A stretch of DNA of 31,717 bases from Macrostomum lignano. Its lineage: Eukaryota. A program made the translations under genes and the position numbers. Below are positions 10,195-21,689 of the stretch, piece after piece. Below the pieces are notes generated by a model, which saw nothing but the letters and a program-made list of their open reading frames with translations, was not told where the DNA came from and did not search any database. The stretch is from contig NIVC01002454.1 in the NCBI GenBank assembly GCA_002269645.1, positions 1 to 31,717 on the forward strand, in the 5' to 3' direction. Numbering within the stretch: the stretch's first letter is position 1; each line of letters starts with the position of its first letter.

Positions 10195-12992
10195 TTATCG
10201 AGCTGTGGCAGCGGCGACGCTCCTAGATTCCCAGTCTTCGCTGCCGGCAGAGCAGCTCTTGCCGCCACCGCCTCCTCCGCATTCTCCTCTTCCACAGGTC
10301 CGGTAGACGGCAACAACGAAAGCCTGTCGGAACCGCGGCATGAAGGCGAAGTAGATAATTGGGTTCACCAGCGAGTTCAGGCTCACCAGGAACAGGGTGA
10401 TGTTCTAGAAGAATGACAGGAAATTGTTGGCAATGAGGCCGAAAGCGATCAGCAAGAAGTTGGTCTGGTTGGCGGCGAAGCAGAGCACGTAGGCGACCCG
10501 GCTATGGTGAAGGTCTTGATCAGAACGCGTGAAGCCGCCAGCTTCTTGCAGGCCGCCTGCTGCTGCTGGGTGGTAAACTTGAACCGCTTGCGCAGCTCTA
10601 CGATCATCCAAGCGTAGCAGACGGTCATGTTTACCAACGGGAAGGCGAACTTCACGGCGTAGTTCAACAGGCCATAGGCGAAGGCCAGCTCCGGGGGCAC
10701 CAGGCCGGACAGGATGCAGCATCCGGCCGTCGGTCCGTCCGGGCTGCCGCGCCGAAAGTCGGCCAGGCCGCGCCACTGATGCGCCAGGCCGAGCAGCCAG
10801 GCCAGGCCGCAGGCCAGTCGAATCTTCCACAGCTGACGGCGCACCATTGGCCGCACGATGGCGAAGAAGCGCTCGAGAGTGATGATCTGCAGGTTGAACT
10901 GCGGGCAGAGCAAGGTGATCGTTGGAAATCGAGTCTTCCACTGAAAGATTTATAAAACACGTCAGAATTTGATTGAAGTTTCAATGTAAAAAGACTCGAG
11001 TCCCTGTCTCTTGGTGGGCTCCCCCTGTCTCTTGGTGGGCTCCCCCTGTCTCTTGGTGGGTGGCCCCTGTCTCTTGGTGGGCTCCCCCTGTCTCTTGGTG
11101 GGTGGCCCCTGTCTCTTGGTGGGTGCCCCCTGTCTCTTGGTGGGCTCCCCCTGTCTCTTGGTGGGTGGCCCCTGTCTATTGGTGGGTGGCCCCTGTCTCT
11201 TGGTGGGTGCCCCCTGTCTCTTGGTAGGTGGCCCCTGTCTCTTGGTGGGTGCCCCCTGTCTATTGGTGGGTGGCCCCTGTCTCTTGGTGGGTGCCCCCTG
11301 TCTCTTGGTGGGTGGCCCCTGTCTATTGGTGGGTGGCCCCTGTCTCTTGGTGGGCTCCCCCTGTCTCTTGGTGGGTGGCCCCTGTCTATTGGTGGGTGCC
11401 CCCTGTCTCTTGGTGGGTGCCCCCTGTCTCTTGGTGGGTGCCCCCTGTCTCTTGGTGGGCTCCCCCTGTCTCTTGGTGGGTTCCCCCTGTCTCTTGGTGG
11501 GTGCCCCCTGTCTCTTGGTGGGCTCCCCCTGTCTCTTGGTGGGTGCCCCCTGTCTCTTGGTGGGTGGCCCCTGTCTCTTGGTGGGCTCCCCCTGTCTCTT
11601 GGTGGGCTCCCCCTGTCTCTTGGTGGGTGGCCCCTGTCTCTTGGTGGGTGGCCCCTGTCTCTTGGTGGGCTCCCCCTGTCTCTTGGTGGGTGGCCCCTGT
11701 CTATTGGTGGGCTCCCCCTGTCTCTTGGTAGGTGGCCCCTGTCTCTTGGTGGGCTCCCCCTGTCTCTTGGTGGGCTCCCCCTGTCTCTTGGTGGGCTCCC
11801 CCTGTCTCTTGGTGGGTGGCCCCTGTCTATTGGTGGGTGGCCCCTGTCTCTTGGTGGGTGCCCCCTGTCTCTTGGTTGGCCCTGGTGGTGGGTGGCCCCT
11901 GTCTCTTGGTGGGTGCCCCCTGTCTCTTGGTGGGTGCCCCCTGTCTCTTGGTGGGTGCCCCCTGTCTCTTGGTAGGTGGCCCCTGTCTATTGGTGGGTGG
12001 CCCCTGTCTCTTGGTGGGTGCCCCCTGTCTCTTGGTGGGTGCCCCCTGTCTCTTGGTGGGTGCCCCCTGTCTTTTGGTAGGTGCCCCCTGTCTCTTGGTG
12101 GGTGCCCCTGTCTATTGGTGGGCTCCCCCTGTCTCTTATCGTATCATTTCCTAGGAGCGTATTTTCTCTGTTTTCGCGCGTGGTGGCCCCTAATTGGGCC
12201 GTTTTATATTGTGCGTGTTGTGCGTACGATCTACGTGTATTTAGAGCGATTCGCAAAATAGTTGCGCGATCAATAATTTAGGTCTCTCACGCGTAGGGAA
12301 AGGTCCAGTTTCGTTAATTTTCAATTTAGCCTGATCCTCATCGCGGTTTACTCTCTCCTCTAACTTTTATACGACCGTTCAAACATCCCTTTCCGCCATT
12401 TGCTAAGGTAGCTTCATGTGTTAGTTTTTCATATTTGTCCTACTAAGCAATCGGTCAGGGACAGGGCAATTGTCATTAGATTCACACAGATGAAGCACAG
12501 CCACCACCCCCAGGCAAATTCTGTGTACACAACTAAAAACGAATGAGTCAGGCCGTCCCTGTACACCCTGAGTGACCGGACTTCAGGCAGTCTCTCTGTT
12601 CCGTACGCAGCAACAGCATATGAGTGAAGTCTCACCGTGCTGGCATTGACCAGAATCCAGACGGCGCTCTGGCTGAACCACAAGTGACAGACGATGCTAC
12701 CCAACACGTTCTCAGGCACCCTGCTGGGCAGGTGCACGGTGGACCACTTGACGGTGGTCACGGCGCAGGTGGCCAAGTCGATGACCGACTGGTTGATGAC
12801 CAGCAGGCGCGGGTTGCGGCTCATGTGCATGTGGCGCCTGCACAGCAGCCAGATCACCACGGCGTTCAGAGCGATGCCAGCGATGGCGAAGCCCAGGTAG
12901 ATGTAGGGCGCCGCGTCGCTTAGCCAAGTGCTGTTGGCGTGGGTCTCCGAGTACTCTTTGATGCAGACCTCAGCCTCCGAATCGTTGCTCAT
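10195..12992 (-). pseudogene. Class A (rhodopsin-like) peptide-receptor-type GPCR, about 353 aa, exons 12992..12636 and 10898..10195; disrupted by a 1-nt deletion near 10500 and a TAG at 10405-10407
   Basis: N-terminal NST sequon; TM1 GIALNAVVI; TM2 LVINQSVIDL; TM3 CHLW...NAST|FNLQIITLERFFAIVRP across a phase-0 intron (donor GTGAGA, acceptor CCCGCAG); TM5 FPLVNMTVCY; TM6 VAYVLCFAANQ in a shifted frame; TM7 F*NITLFLVSLNSLVNPIIY and helix 8 FRQA. Pseudogene versus assembly error is not resolved. Confidence 0.85.
11002..12137. repeat. 21-bp minisatellite, about 54 units (CCCTGTCTCTTGGTGGGYKSC), inside the GPCR intron
   Basis: 7-aa periodicity (LLVGSPC); directly visible. Confidence 0.98.
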
Positions 12993-13048
12993 GCTTCTCG
13001 GCTTCTGAAGGCAAAGCGAAAAACTCTTAATTAAATTAAGATTCTTAA

Positions 13049-14019
13049 GTCCGAAACCCGTGTCCGAAACCCGTGTCCGAAACTCGTATCCGAAACCCGT
13101 GTCCGAAACCCGTGTCCGAAACTCGTATCCGAAACCCGTGTCCGAAACCCGTGTCCGAAACTCGTATCCGAAACCCGTGTCCGAAACCCGTGTCTGAAAC
13201 CCTGCCTGAAACCTGTGTCCGAAACCCGTGCCTGAAACCCATGCCTGAAACCCGTGTCCGAAACCCGTGTCCGAAATCCATGTCCGAAACGCATTCCCGC
13301 AATCCACTCCCGAAACATGTGTCCGAAATCCATGTCCGAAACGCATTCCCGAAATCCACTCCCGAAACCCGTGTCCGAAATCCGTGTCCGAAATCCGTGT
13401 CTTAAACCCGTGCCTGAAACCCGTGCCTGAAACCCGTGCCTGAAACCCGTGTCCGAAATACGTGTCTTAAACCCGTGCCTGAAACCCGTGTCCGAAATAC
13501 GTGTCTTAAACCCGTGCCTGAAACCCGTGTCCGAAATACGTGTCTTAAACCCGTGCCTGAAACCCGTGTCCGAAATACGTGTCTTAAACCCGTGCCTGAA
13601 ACCCGTGTCCGAAATACGTGTCTTAAACCCGTGCCTGAAACCCGTGTCCGAAATACGTGTCTTAAACCCGTGCCTGAAACCCGTGCCTGAAACCCGTGTC
13701 CGAAATCCGTGTCTTAAACCCGTGCCTGAAACCCGTGCCTGAAACCCGTGTCCGAAACCCGTGCCTGAAACCCGTGTCTGAAACCCGTGTCTGAAACCCG
13801 TGTCTGAAACCCGTGCCTGAAACCCGTGCCTGAAACCCGTGCCTGAAACCCGTGCCTGAAACCCGTGCCTGAAACCCGTGCCTGAAACCCGTGCCTGAAA
13901 CCCGTGCCTGAAACCCGTGTCCGAAACCCGTGCCTGAAACCCGTGCCTGAAACCCGTGTCCGAAACCCGTGCCTGAAACCCGTGTCCGAAACCCGTGTCC
14001 GAAACCCGTGTCCGAAACC
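13049..14019. repeat. 13-bp minisatellite (TCCGAAACCCGTG and variants) with a 39-bp higher-order block at about 13440-13700
   Basis: 13-aa periodicity in translation; trimer CCGAAATACGTGT-CTTAAACCCGTGC-CTGAAACCCGTGT repeated several times. Confidence 0.97.
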
Positions 14020-14420
14020 GTCGATAATGGAATATTAAAAAGTCCTAAAACAAGAAATGTTAGCATTTTTCTGGACTTTGTATACAGAGTGTGAAATTAA
14101 AAGCAATTGACTTACCGTCAGTTATTCGTAAAATATTTTATCAAATTAATTTCTTGATAACAGTGTTCCCAAATCCCACGCTGGACTCAGAGCTTCAGAG
14201 CTTTATACTTGCAGAGTCACCCTTCATTCGCTGATATCCTTGCCTGCCAATCATTGGCTGGTTAACTCAGTTCATTGACGAGTCCTGAGTCTCCCTTTGG
14301 ATATTGGCTGAGTCAGCTAAATAGATCCGAAACGCCTAACAAGACTGGACAGGTACTGAATCCTAAAACTGTATTTATTAGCACTGAAAATTCTTTCATA
14401 ATTGAAGACTGTTGAGTTAA

Positions 14421-15426
14421 CAGTAGCTGAAGTGAGTTTACAGTAGCTAAAGTGAGTTTACAGTAGCTAAAGTGAGTTTACAGTAGCTGAAGTGAGTTTA
14501 CAGTAGCTGAACTGAGTTTACAGCAGCTGAACTGAGTTTACAGCAGCTGAAGTGAGTTTACAGTAGCTGAAGTGAGTTTACGGTAGCTGAAGTGAGTTTA
14601 CGGTAGCTGAAGTGAGTTTACAGCAGCTGAACTGAGTTTACGGTAGCTGAAGTGAGTTTACAGTAGCTAAAGTGAGTTTACAGCAGCTAAAGTGAGTTTA
14701 CAGTAGCTAAAGTGAGTTTACGGTAGCTGAAGTGAGTTTACAGTAGCTGAACTGAGTTTACAGCAGCTAAAGTGAGTTTACAGTAGCTAAAGTGAGTTTG
14801 CAGTAGCTGAAGTGAGTTTACGGTAGCTGAAGTGAGTTTACAGTAGCTAAAGTGAGTTTACAGTAGCTGAAGTGAGTTTACAGTAGCTAAAGTGAGTTTA
14901 CGGTAGCTGAAGTGAGTTTACAGTAGCTGAACTGAGTTTACAGCAGCTAAAGTGAGTTTACAGTAGCTAAAGTGAGTTTGCAGTAGCTGAAGTGAGTTTA
15001 CAGTAGCTAAAGTGAGTTTACGGTAGCTGAAGTGAGTTTACAGTAGCTGAACTGAGTTTACAGCAGCTAAAGTGAGTTTACAGTAGCTGAAGTGAGTTTA
15101 CAGTAGCTGAAGTGAGTTTACAGCAGCTGAACTGAGTTTACAGCAGCTGAAGTGAGTTTACAGTAGCTGAAGTGAGTTTACGGTAGCTGAAGTGAGTTTA
15201 CAGCAGCTGAACTGAGTTTACGGTAGCTAAAGTGAGTTTACAGTAGCTAAAGTGAGTTTACAGTAGCTGAAGTGAGTTTACAGTAGCTGAAGTGAGTTTA
15301 CGGTAGCTGAAGTGAGTTTACAGTAGCTGAAGTGAGTTTACAGTAGCTGAAGTGAGTTTACAGTAGCTGAAGTGAGTTTACAGTAGCTGAAGTGAGTTTA
15401 CGGTAGCTGAAGTGAGTTTACGGTAG
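14421..15426. repeat. 20-bp minisatellite, about 50 units (CAGTAGCTGAAGTGAGTTTA)
   Basis: Directly visible. Confidence 0.98.
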
Positions 15427-15947
15427 ATGCACAGCATGCAGTCTTCCTAAATGAAAGCTGTACTTACTGCGTCGAAAGTACAATTTTATTAAATATCTGA
15501 GTTGACTAAAAATAAAAAAAATAATTTTAAAAATTGTGAAGCCCGGAACTGCAATAATAATAAATTTCAATTGATCAATTCGTAAAAATTTAATAATTAT
15601 AATTGAAGTTGAATTTTCGTAAAGAATGAAAATGACGATTTTATTACGGTCTGGTGCAGAACAGGATATGCTGAGAAACATCTATAATAATGATTGGCCC
15701 TCAAATTCTTCAACACGTCATCGGTAGAGACAGAAGTGGTCCGGCCGAGTGTACGAGCGTATCTCAAAATTAATGAGCACTTCCGGTGCCTTCCTCTTAT
15801 CCCTACTTGCTGACTGAAGCAGTAAGACGCAGCTCTCGTAAGTCCCGAAAGTACACATTCCGGAGATGCTGGACGGTCTCTGGTACTGCATCACTTCTGA
15901 GGAAAAAAGCTGAGCACAGAACACACACACATGTTTTCGGTCTGCCA

Positions 15948-16254
15948 ATAATAATAACAATAATTGACTACACCTGCCCTAATGGCCAGTTGTGCAACCG
16001 ACAGCTCAGCCGCAGCCATTGCGCGGCGTATCTGAAGGCTGTGTACGGCTTTCAGTCCAAGGACTGGGGGGTCGCCACACACAGCCTCAATTACCCCAGC
16101 TAATGCTGGCACCCATTTTACAGCTGGGTGAACTGAAGCAATGCAGAGTTAAGTGTCTTGCTCAAGGACACAAATTGTTCCTGTGGGATCGAGAATCGAA
16201 CCCCCGACCTTCAAGTCGTGAGTTCGACGCTGTATCCACTAGGCTACAACCCCC
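15948..16254 (-). mobile_element. tRNA-derived SINE, copy 1 (about 305 bp)
   Basis: On the minus strand: A-box TAGCCTAGTGG, B-box GGTTCGATTC, central GTGTCCTTGAGCAAGACACTTAAC...CAGCTGTAAAATGGG (CORE-like) and an (ATT)n tail. Imperfect TSD TCGGTCTGCCA (15937-15947) / TCGGTCAGCCA (16257-16267). Near-identical body to the copies at 23240-23552 and 29929-30229. Confidence 0.9.
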
Positions 16255-16380
16255 TCTCGGTCAGCCAGAAATCCAGTAGTTCAGCATTTAACGTAAAACT
16301 TGTACCGAACTTACAACTTTAGTTCGTTCAATGCTCTAAGATTTGTCAGCGAAACTGTTCTCGAAACATTGTGTCTCGAA

Positions 16381-16820
16381 GCTATGGGCGAGTTGCTATG
16401 GGCGAGTTGCTATGGGCGAGTTGCTATGGGCGAGTTGCTATGGGCGAGTTGCTATGGGCGAGTTGCTATGGGCGAGTTGCTATGGGCGAGTTGCTATGGG
16501 CGAGTTGCTATGGGCGAGTTGCTATGGGCGAGTTGCTATGGGCGAGTTGCTATGGGCGAGTTGCTATGGGCGAGTTGCTATGGGCGAGTTGCTATGGGCG
16601 AGTTGCTATGGGCGAGTTGCTATGGGCGAGTTGCTATGGGCGAGTTGCTATGGGCGAGTTGCTATGGGCGAGTTGCTATGGGCGAGTTGCTATGGGCGAG
16701 TTGCTATGGGCGAGTTGCTATGGGCGAGTTGCTATGGGCGAGTTGCTATGGGCGAGTTGCTATGGGCGAGTTGCTATGGGCGAGTTGCTATGGGCGAGTT
16801 GCTATGGGCGAGTTGCTATG
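16381..16820. repeat. 14-bp minisatellite, about 31 apparently identical units (GCTATGGGCGAGTT), overlapping the stop codon of the clarin-like gene
   Basis: Directly visible; TAG at 16802-16804 (minus strand) lies within the array. Confidence 0.98.
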
Positions 16821-19384
16821 CAGCGCATCGGATAGCAGTGAGCGCTCTCCACCACCTGGGCAGCATCCGTATCGGCAGTCGATCGAGCGTCCAGCTGCCG
16901 CTCCACCAGCAGCCAGGCTCGAGGAATCTCGCACAGCAAGCCGGCCAGATGGCCGAAAACGGCAGCAACGAGCAGCCAGAAAGCCGTTCCGCGCTCCGCC
17001 CAGATCGACTCGCCCTCGGCCGGGCCCGATGGCGCCATCAGACCTTCGACTGCTGCCGCTAGGCGGCGGGGCTCCGCTGACAGTTGCTTGGCGCCGACTT
17101 CGCCGCAAGCCAGACAGGCGATCTGCGCCGTCAGTGCGCCGGCCAGCAGGCCGACATCGGCGGCAATTGCGACAGTCATTGCGGAGTCCGGAAAGGCCGC
17201 AACGGCGGCGTGGAAGGCCAGGCTGCCAACTGAGGCGGCGAGACCGCCCGACAGGAACACAGCAGCTGAGCGCCAGTTCGAGTTGCCTGAATGTTTTCAA
17301 CAGTTAGCCGAGTGTGAACTGGTTGCTAGGGCTTGAGTTGCCTGAATGTTTTCAACAGTTAGCCGAGTGTGAACTGGTTGCTAGGGCTTGAGTTGCCTGA
17401 ATGTTTTCAACAGTTAGCCGAGTGTGAACTGGTTGCTAGGGCTTGAGTTGCCTGAATGTTTTCAACAGTTAGCCGAGTGTGAACTGGTTGCTAGGGCTTG
17501 AGTTGCCTGAATGTTTTCAACAGTTAGCCGAGTGTGAACTGGTTGCTAGGGCTTGAGTTGCCTGAATGTTTTCAACAGTTAGCCGAGACCCTCGCTAATG
17601 TGGCTCGAACTCAGGGACTTGGGGGTTGGGAAGACTTCGTTCGCTGCCCGGTGAAGCTTGCCAATATTCATGCGGACATCTCCGGTTTCTCTATCATTAT
17701 GGGCGATGAAATATTTCATTTTTTTCAATTCCTGAAATCGTCTTGAAGACACGCAAATTTTTTAAATAGATTTCCGAATAATGCGCCAAAGATCTTGAAA
17801 ACCTTATCCTTAAGTATAATCTTTTTGATTAATCCACTTCCTAAACCGTCTGATAATCCCACATTTTTTCTAATCCAAAATTTCCTGTCAGAATCGAAAA
17901 ATCACGATATGATTTTAGTACGGTATGAGAGGCCCGATGCGTTCTGTAGTGATGGCACAGCAACTCGGCTTTTAAAAGTTAAAAAATAATTTAAAATGAA
18001 AGGCAAAACGAAACAGGAGCGAACCAATGCAACACACACAAGTCACACGGATCAAGCACAATGCAACACACACAAGTCACAAGGATCAGGCACAATGCAA
18101 CACACACAAGACACAAGGATCAGGCACAATGCAACACACACAAGACACAAGGATCAGGCACAATGCAACACACACAAGACACAAGGATCAGGCACAATGC
18201 AACACAAACAAGACACAAGGATCAGGCACAATGCAACACAAACAAGACACAAGGATCAGGCACAATGCAACACACAGAAGACACAAGGATCAGGCACAAT
18301 GCAACACACACAAGACACAAGGATCAGGCACAATGCAACACAAACAAGACACAAGGATCAGGCACAATGCAACACACACAAGACACAAGGATCAGGCACA
18401 ATGCAACACAAACAAGACACAAGGATCAGGCACAATGCAACACAAACAAGACACAAGGATCAGGCACAATGCAACACGTACAAGACACAAGGATCAGGCA
18501 CAATGCAACACAAACAAGACACAAGGATCAGGCACAATGCAACACACACAAGACACAAGGATCAGGCACAATGCAACACACACAAGTCACAAGGATCAGG
18601 CACAATGCAACACACACAAGACACAAGGATCAGGCACAATGCAACACACACAAGACACAAGGATCAGGCACAATGCAACACACACAAGACACAAGGGTCA
18701 GGCAAAATGCAACACACACAAGTCACAAGGATCAGGCACAATGCAACACACACAAGACACAAGGATCAGGCACAATGCAACACGTACAAGACACAAGGAT
18801 CAGGCACAATGCAATACACGTAAAACACAAGGATCAGGCACAATGCAACACGTACAAGACACAAGGATCAGGCACAATGCAACACACACAAGACACAAGG
18901 ATCAGGCACAATGCAACACACACAAGTCACAAGGATCAGGCACAATGCAACACACACAATTCACAAGGATCAGGCACAATGCAACACACAGAAGACACAA
19001 GGATCAGGCAAAATGCAACACACACAAGACACAAGGATCAGGCACAATGCAACACACACAAGACACAAGGATCAGGCACAATGCAACACACACAAGACAC
19101 AAGGATCAGGCACAATGCAACACATTACCACTGCACTCACTAAGCACAATGTCACTGCCTGGCATCCAGAGCTCCGCGCCATCGGAAAGTGTCAACCTGA
19201 CCCGAGACCGGAGAAGGCCAATATGCCAGCTGGCCGACCGGACATTGGAGTCCCGTTGGGTCCAGCTGATCCGCAGGCTACAGAATGTGTCCGTGGCTGC
19301 TGCACCAATTAGCGAACAGACGCCAACAAAGCTAGCAATGGCTCCAGCCAGGTACAGCCTCCATGTGATGATGACTAAGGACAT
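16802..19384 (-). CDS. Clarin/claudin (PMP22 superfamily)-like four-TM protein, about 242 aa, exons 19384..19141 and 17286..16802
   Basis: Exon 1 MSLVIITWRLYLAGAIASFVGVCSLIGAAATDTF...SWHIGLLRSRVRL...SDIVL ends at donor GTGAGT (phase 1). Exon 2 after ACATTCAG continues in frame as SNSNWRSAAVFLSGGLAASVGSLAF... with three more hydrophobic segments, the last GTAFWLLVAAVFGHLAGLLC. Topology TM1-large loop-TM2-TM3-loop-TM4. Family call is by motif resemblance only; an upstream exon is possible (acceptor TTTTGCAG about 20 nt before the ATG). Confidence 0.7.
17280..17587. repeat. 55-bp tandem repeat, 5.6 identical units, each containing the branch point and 3' splice site of clarin-like exon 2
   Basis: Units start at 17280, 17335, 17390, 17445, 17500 and 17555; the minus-strand unit reads ...CTCGGCTAACTGTTGAAAACATTCAG|GCAACTC. 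Confidence 0.95.
18025..19124. repeat. 34-bp minisatellite, about 32 units (CACAATGCAACACACACAAGACACAAGGATCAGG), intronic, ending about 16 nt from the exon 1 donor
   Basis: 34-aa periodicity seen in all three + frames. Confidence 0.98.
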
Positions 19385-19907
19385 GACATTGGCAAGGGGC
19401 TCCTCTGCAAAATATTCGATAGAAATAGGGACTGAGAGCCATTTTAGCAGGTAGACATCTTACTAACAACAATCTGGACAATTAATCTAATCAACTGCTG
19501 TTTACGTTCGAAACAGAAAATTAGCAGAAATAAGCGAGGGGTCAAAAAGTCCGTGAAAAATTTGATATACTTTTAGAAACTGCGGTCATTTGCAAAAGAT
19601 GCGTAAATTCTATTTCTACAAACTTCTTTTCTTGCTTGGCCATGTTAATCTGGCCATGTGTACGCGCAAAAGTTCATCTCTGGCGCGTTTTAGGTGAAGG
19701 AAGTACGTCGATGCGGCGAAGCTAGCCAATTTCCTAGAAACTCTGAAAATCCGACTGTGCGGTGGCAGTACAGGGCAAGCCCGCAGACAAACTTCCTCTA
19801 ACGACTGTTCGCAATAAGTTTCTCTGCTTCATGAAAAATAGATTTTGTTTCTTCAGTAATCTTTACCAACTTACCATATATTCCATATCAGCTATGGCCC
19901 CTACCCA

Positions 19908-21689
19908 CTTAGTCAATGATAGGCTTAGTCAGTAGTTTACTCAATCGGTAGGTTAGTCAATCGGTAGGTTAGTCAATCGGTAGCTTAGTCAATCGGTAGC
20001 TTAGTCAATCTGTAGCTTAGTCAATCGGTAGCTTAGTCAATCGGTAGCTTAGTCAATCGGTAGCTTAGTCAATCGGTAGCTTAGTCAATCGGTAGCTTAG
20101 TCAATCGGTAGCTTAGTCAATCGGTAGCTTAGTCAATCGGTAGCTTAGTCAATCGGTAGCTTAGTCAATCGGTAGCTTAGTCAATCTGTAGCTTAGTCAA
20201 TCGGTAGCTTAGTCAATCGGTAGCTTAGTCAATCGGTAGCTTAGTCAATCGGTAGCTTAGTCAATCGGTAGCTTAGTCAATCGGTAGCTTAGTCAATCGG
20301 TAGCTTAGTCAATCGGTCGCTTAGTCAATCGGTAGCTTAGTCAATCGGTAGCTTAGTCAATCGGTAGCTTAGTCAATCGGTAGCTTAGTCAATCGGTAGC
20401 TTAGTCAATCGGTAGCTTAGTCAATCGGTAGCTTAGTCAATCGGTAGCTTAGTCAATCGGTAGCTTAGTCAATCGGTAGTTTACTCAATCGGTAGCTTAG
20501 TCAATCGGTAGCTTAGTCAATCGGTAGTTTACTCAATCGGTAGCTTAGTCAATCGGTAGCTTAGTCAATCGGTAGCTTAGTCAATCGGTAGCTTAGTCAA
20601 TCGGTAGCTTAGTCAATCGGTAGCTTAGTCAATCGGTAGCTTAGTCAATCGGTAGCTTAGTCAATCGGTAGCTTAGTCAATCGGTAGCTTAGTCAATCGG
20701 TAGCTTAGTCAATCGGTAGCTTAGTCAATCGGTAGCTTAGTCAATCGGTAGCTTAGTCAATCGGTAGCTTAGTCAATCGGTAGCTTAGTCAATCGGTAGC
20801 TTAGTCAATCGGTAGCTTAGTCAATCGGTAGCTTAGTCAATCGGTAGCTTAGTCAATCGGTAGCTTAGTCAATCGGTAGGTTAGTCAATCGGTAGCTTAG
20901 TCAATCTGTAGCTTAGTCAATCGGTACCTTAGTCAATCGGTAGCTTAGTCAATCGGTAGCTTAGTCAATCGGTAGCTTAGTCAATCTGTAGCTTAGTCAA
21001 TCGGTAGCTTAGTCAATCGGTAGCTTAGTCAATCGGTAGCTTAGTCAATCGGTAGCTTAGTCAATCGGTACCTTAGTCAATCGGTAGCTTAGTCAATCGG
21101 TACCTTAGTCAATCGGTAGCTTAGTCAATCGGTAGCTGAGTCAATCGGTAGCTTAGTCAATCGGTAGCTTAGTCAATCGGTAGTTTACTCAATCGGTAGC
21201 TTAGTCAATCGGTAGCTTAGTCAATCGGTAGCTTAGTCAATCGGTAGCTTAGTCAATCGGTAGCTTAGTCAATCGGTAGCTTAGTCAATCGGTAGCTTAG
21301 TCAATCGGTAGCTTAGTCAATCGGTAGCTTAGTCAATCGGTAGCTTAGTCAATCGGTAGCTTAGTCAATCGGTAGCTTAGTCAATCGGTAGCTTAGTCAA
21401 TCGGTAGCTTAGTCAATCGGTAGCTTAGTCAATCGGTAGCTTAGTCAATCGGTAGCTTAGTCAATCGGTAGCTTAGTCAATCGGTAGCTTAGTCAATCGG
21501 TAGCTTAGTCAATCGGTAGCTTAGTCAATCGGTAGCTTAGTCAATCGGTAGCTTAGTCAATCGGTAGCTTAGTCAATCGGTACCTTAGTCAATCGGTAGC
21601 TTAGTCAATCGGTAGTTTACTCAATCGGTAGCTTAGTCAATCGGTAGCTTAGTCAATAGGTAGCTTAGTCAATCGGTAGCTTAGTCAAT
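19908..21689. repeat. 16-bp minisatellite, about 110 units (AGTCAATCGGTAGCTT)
   Basis: Directly visible; highly homogeneous. Confidence 0.98.

Noticed and set aside
8239-10416. 725-aa and 674-aa ORFs on opposite strands
   Set aside because: Translations of a 33-bp minisatellite; no start context, signal peptide or unique domain. The tail of the + ORF is the antisense of the GPCR.
11011-12261. 416-aa Cys/Trp-rich ORFs, plus the similar repeat ORFs at 13031-14066, 16300-17307, 17996-19454, 22548-23371 and 30529-31648
   Set aside because: All arise from tandem units lacking stops in some frames and lie in introns or intergenic DNA of better-supported genes.
16381-16820. 14-bp unit GTTGCTATGGGCGA as an array of RFX X-boxes
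   Set aside because: Only the left half matches GTTGCCATGGCAAC; the right half-site is missing.
14421-21689. CRISPR-like appearance of regular repeats
   Set aside because: No unique spacers between units, no cas genes, and a eukaryotic intron-exon context.
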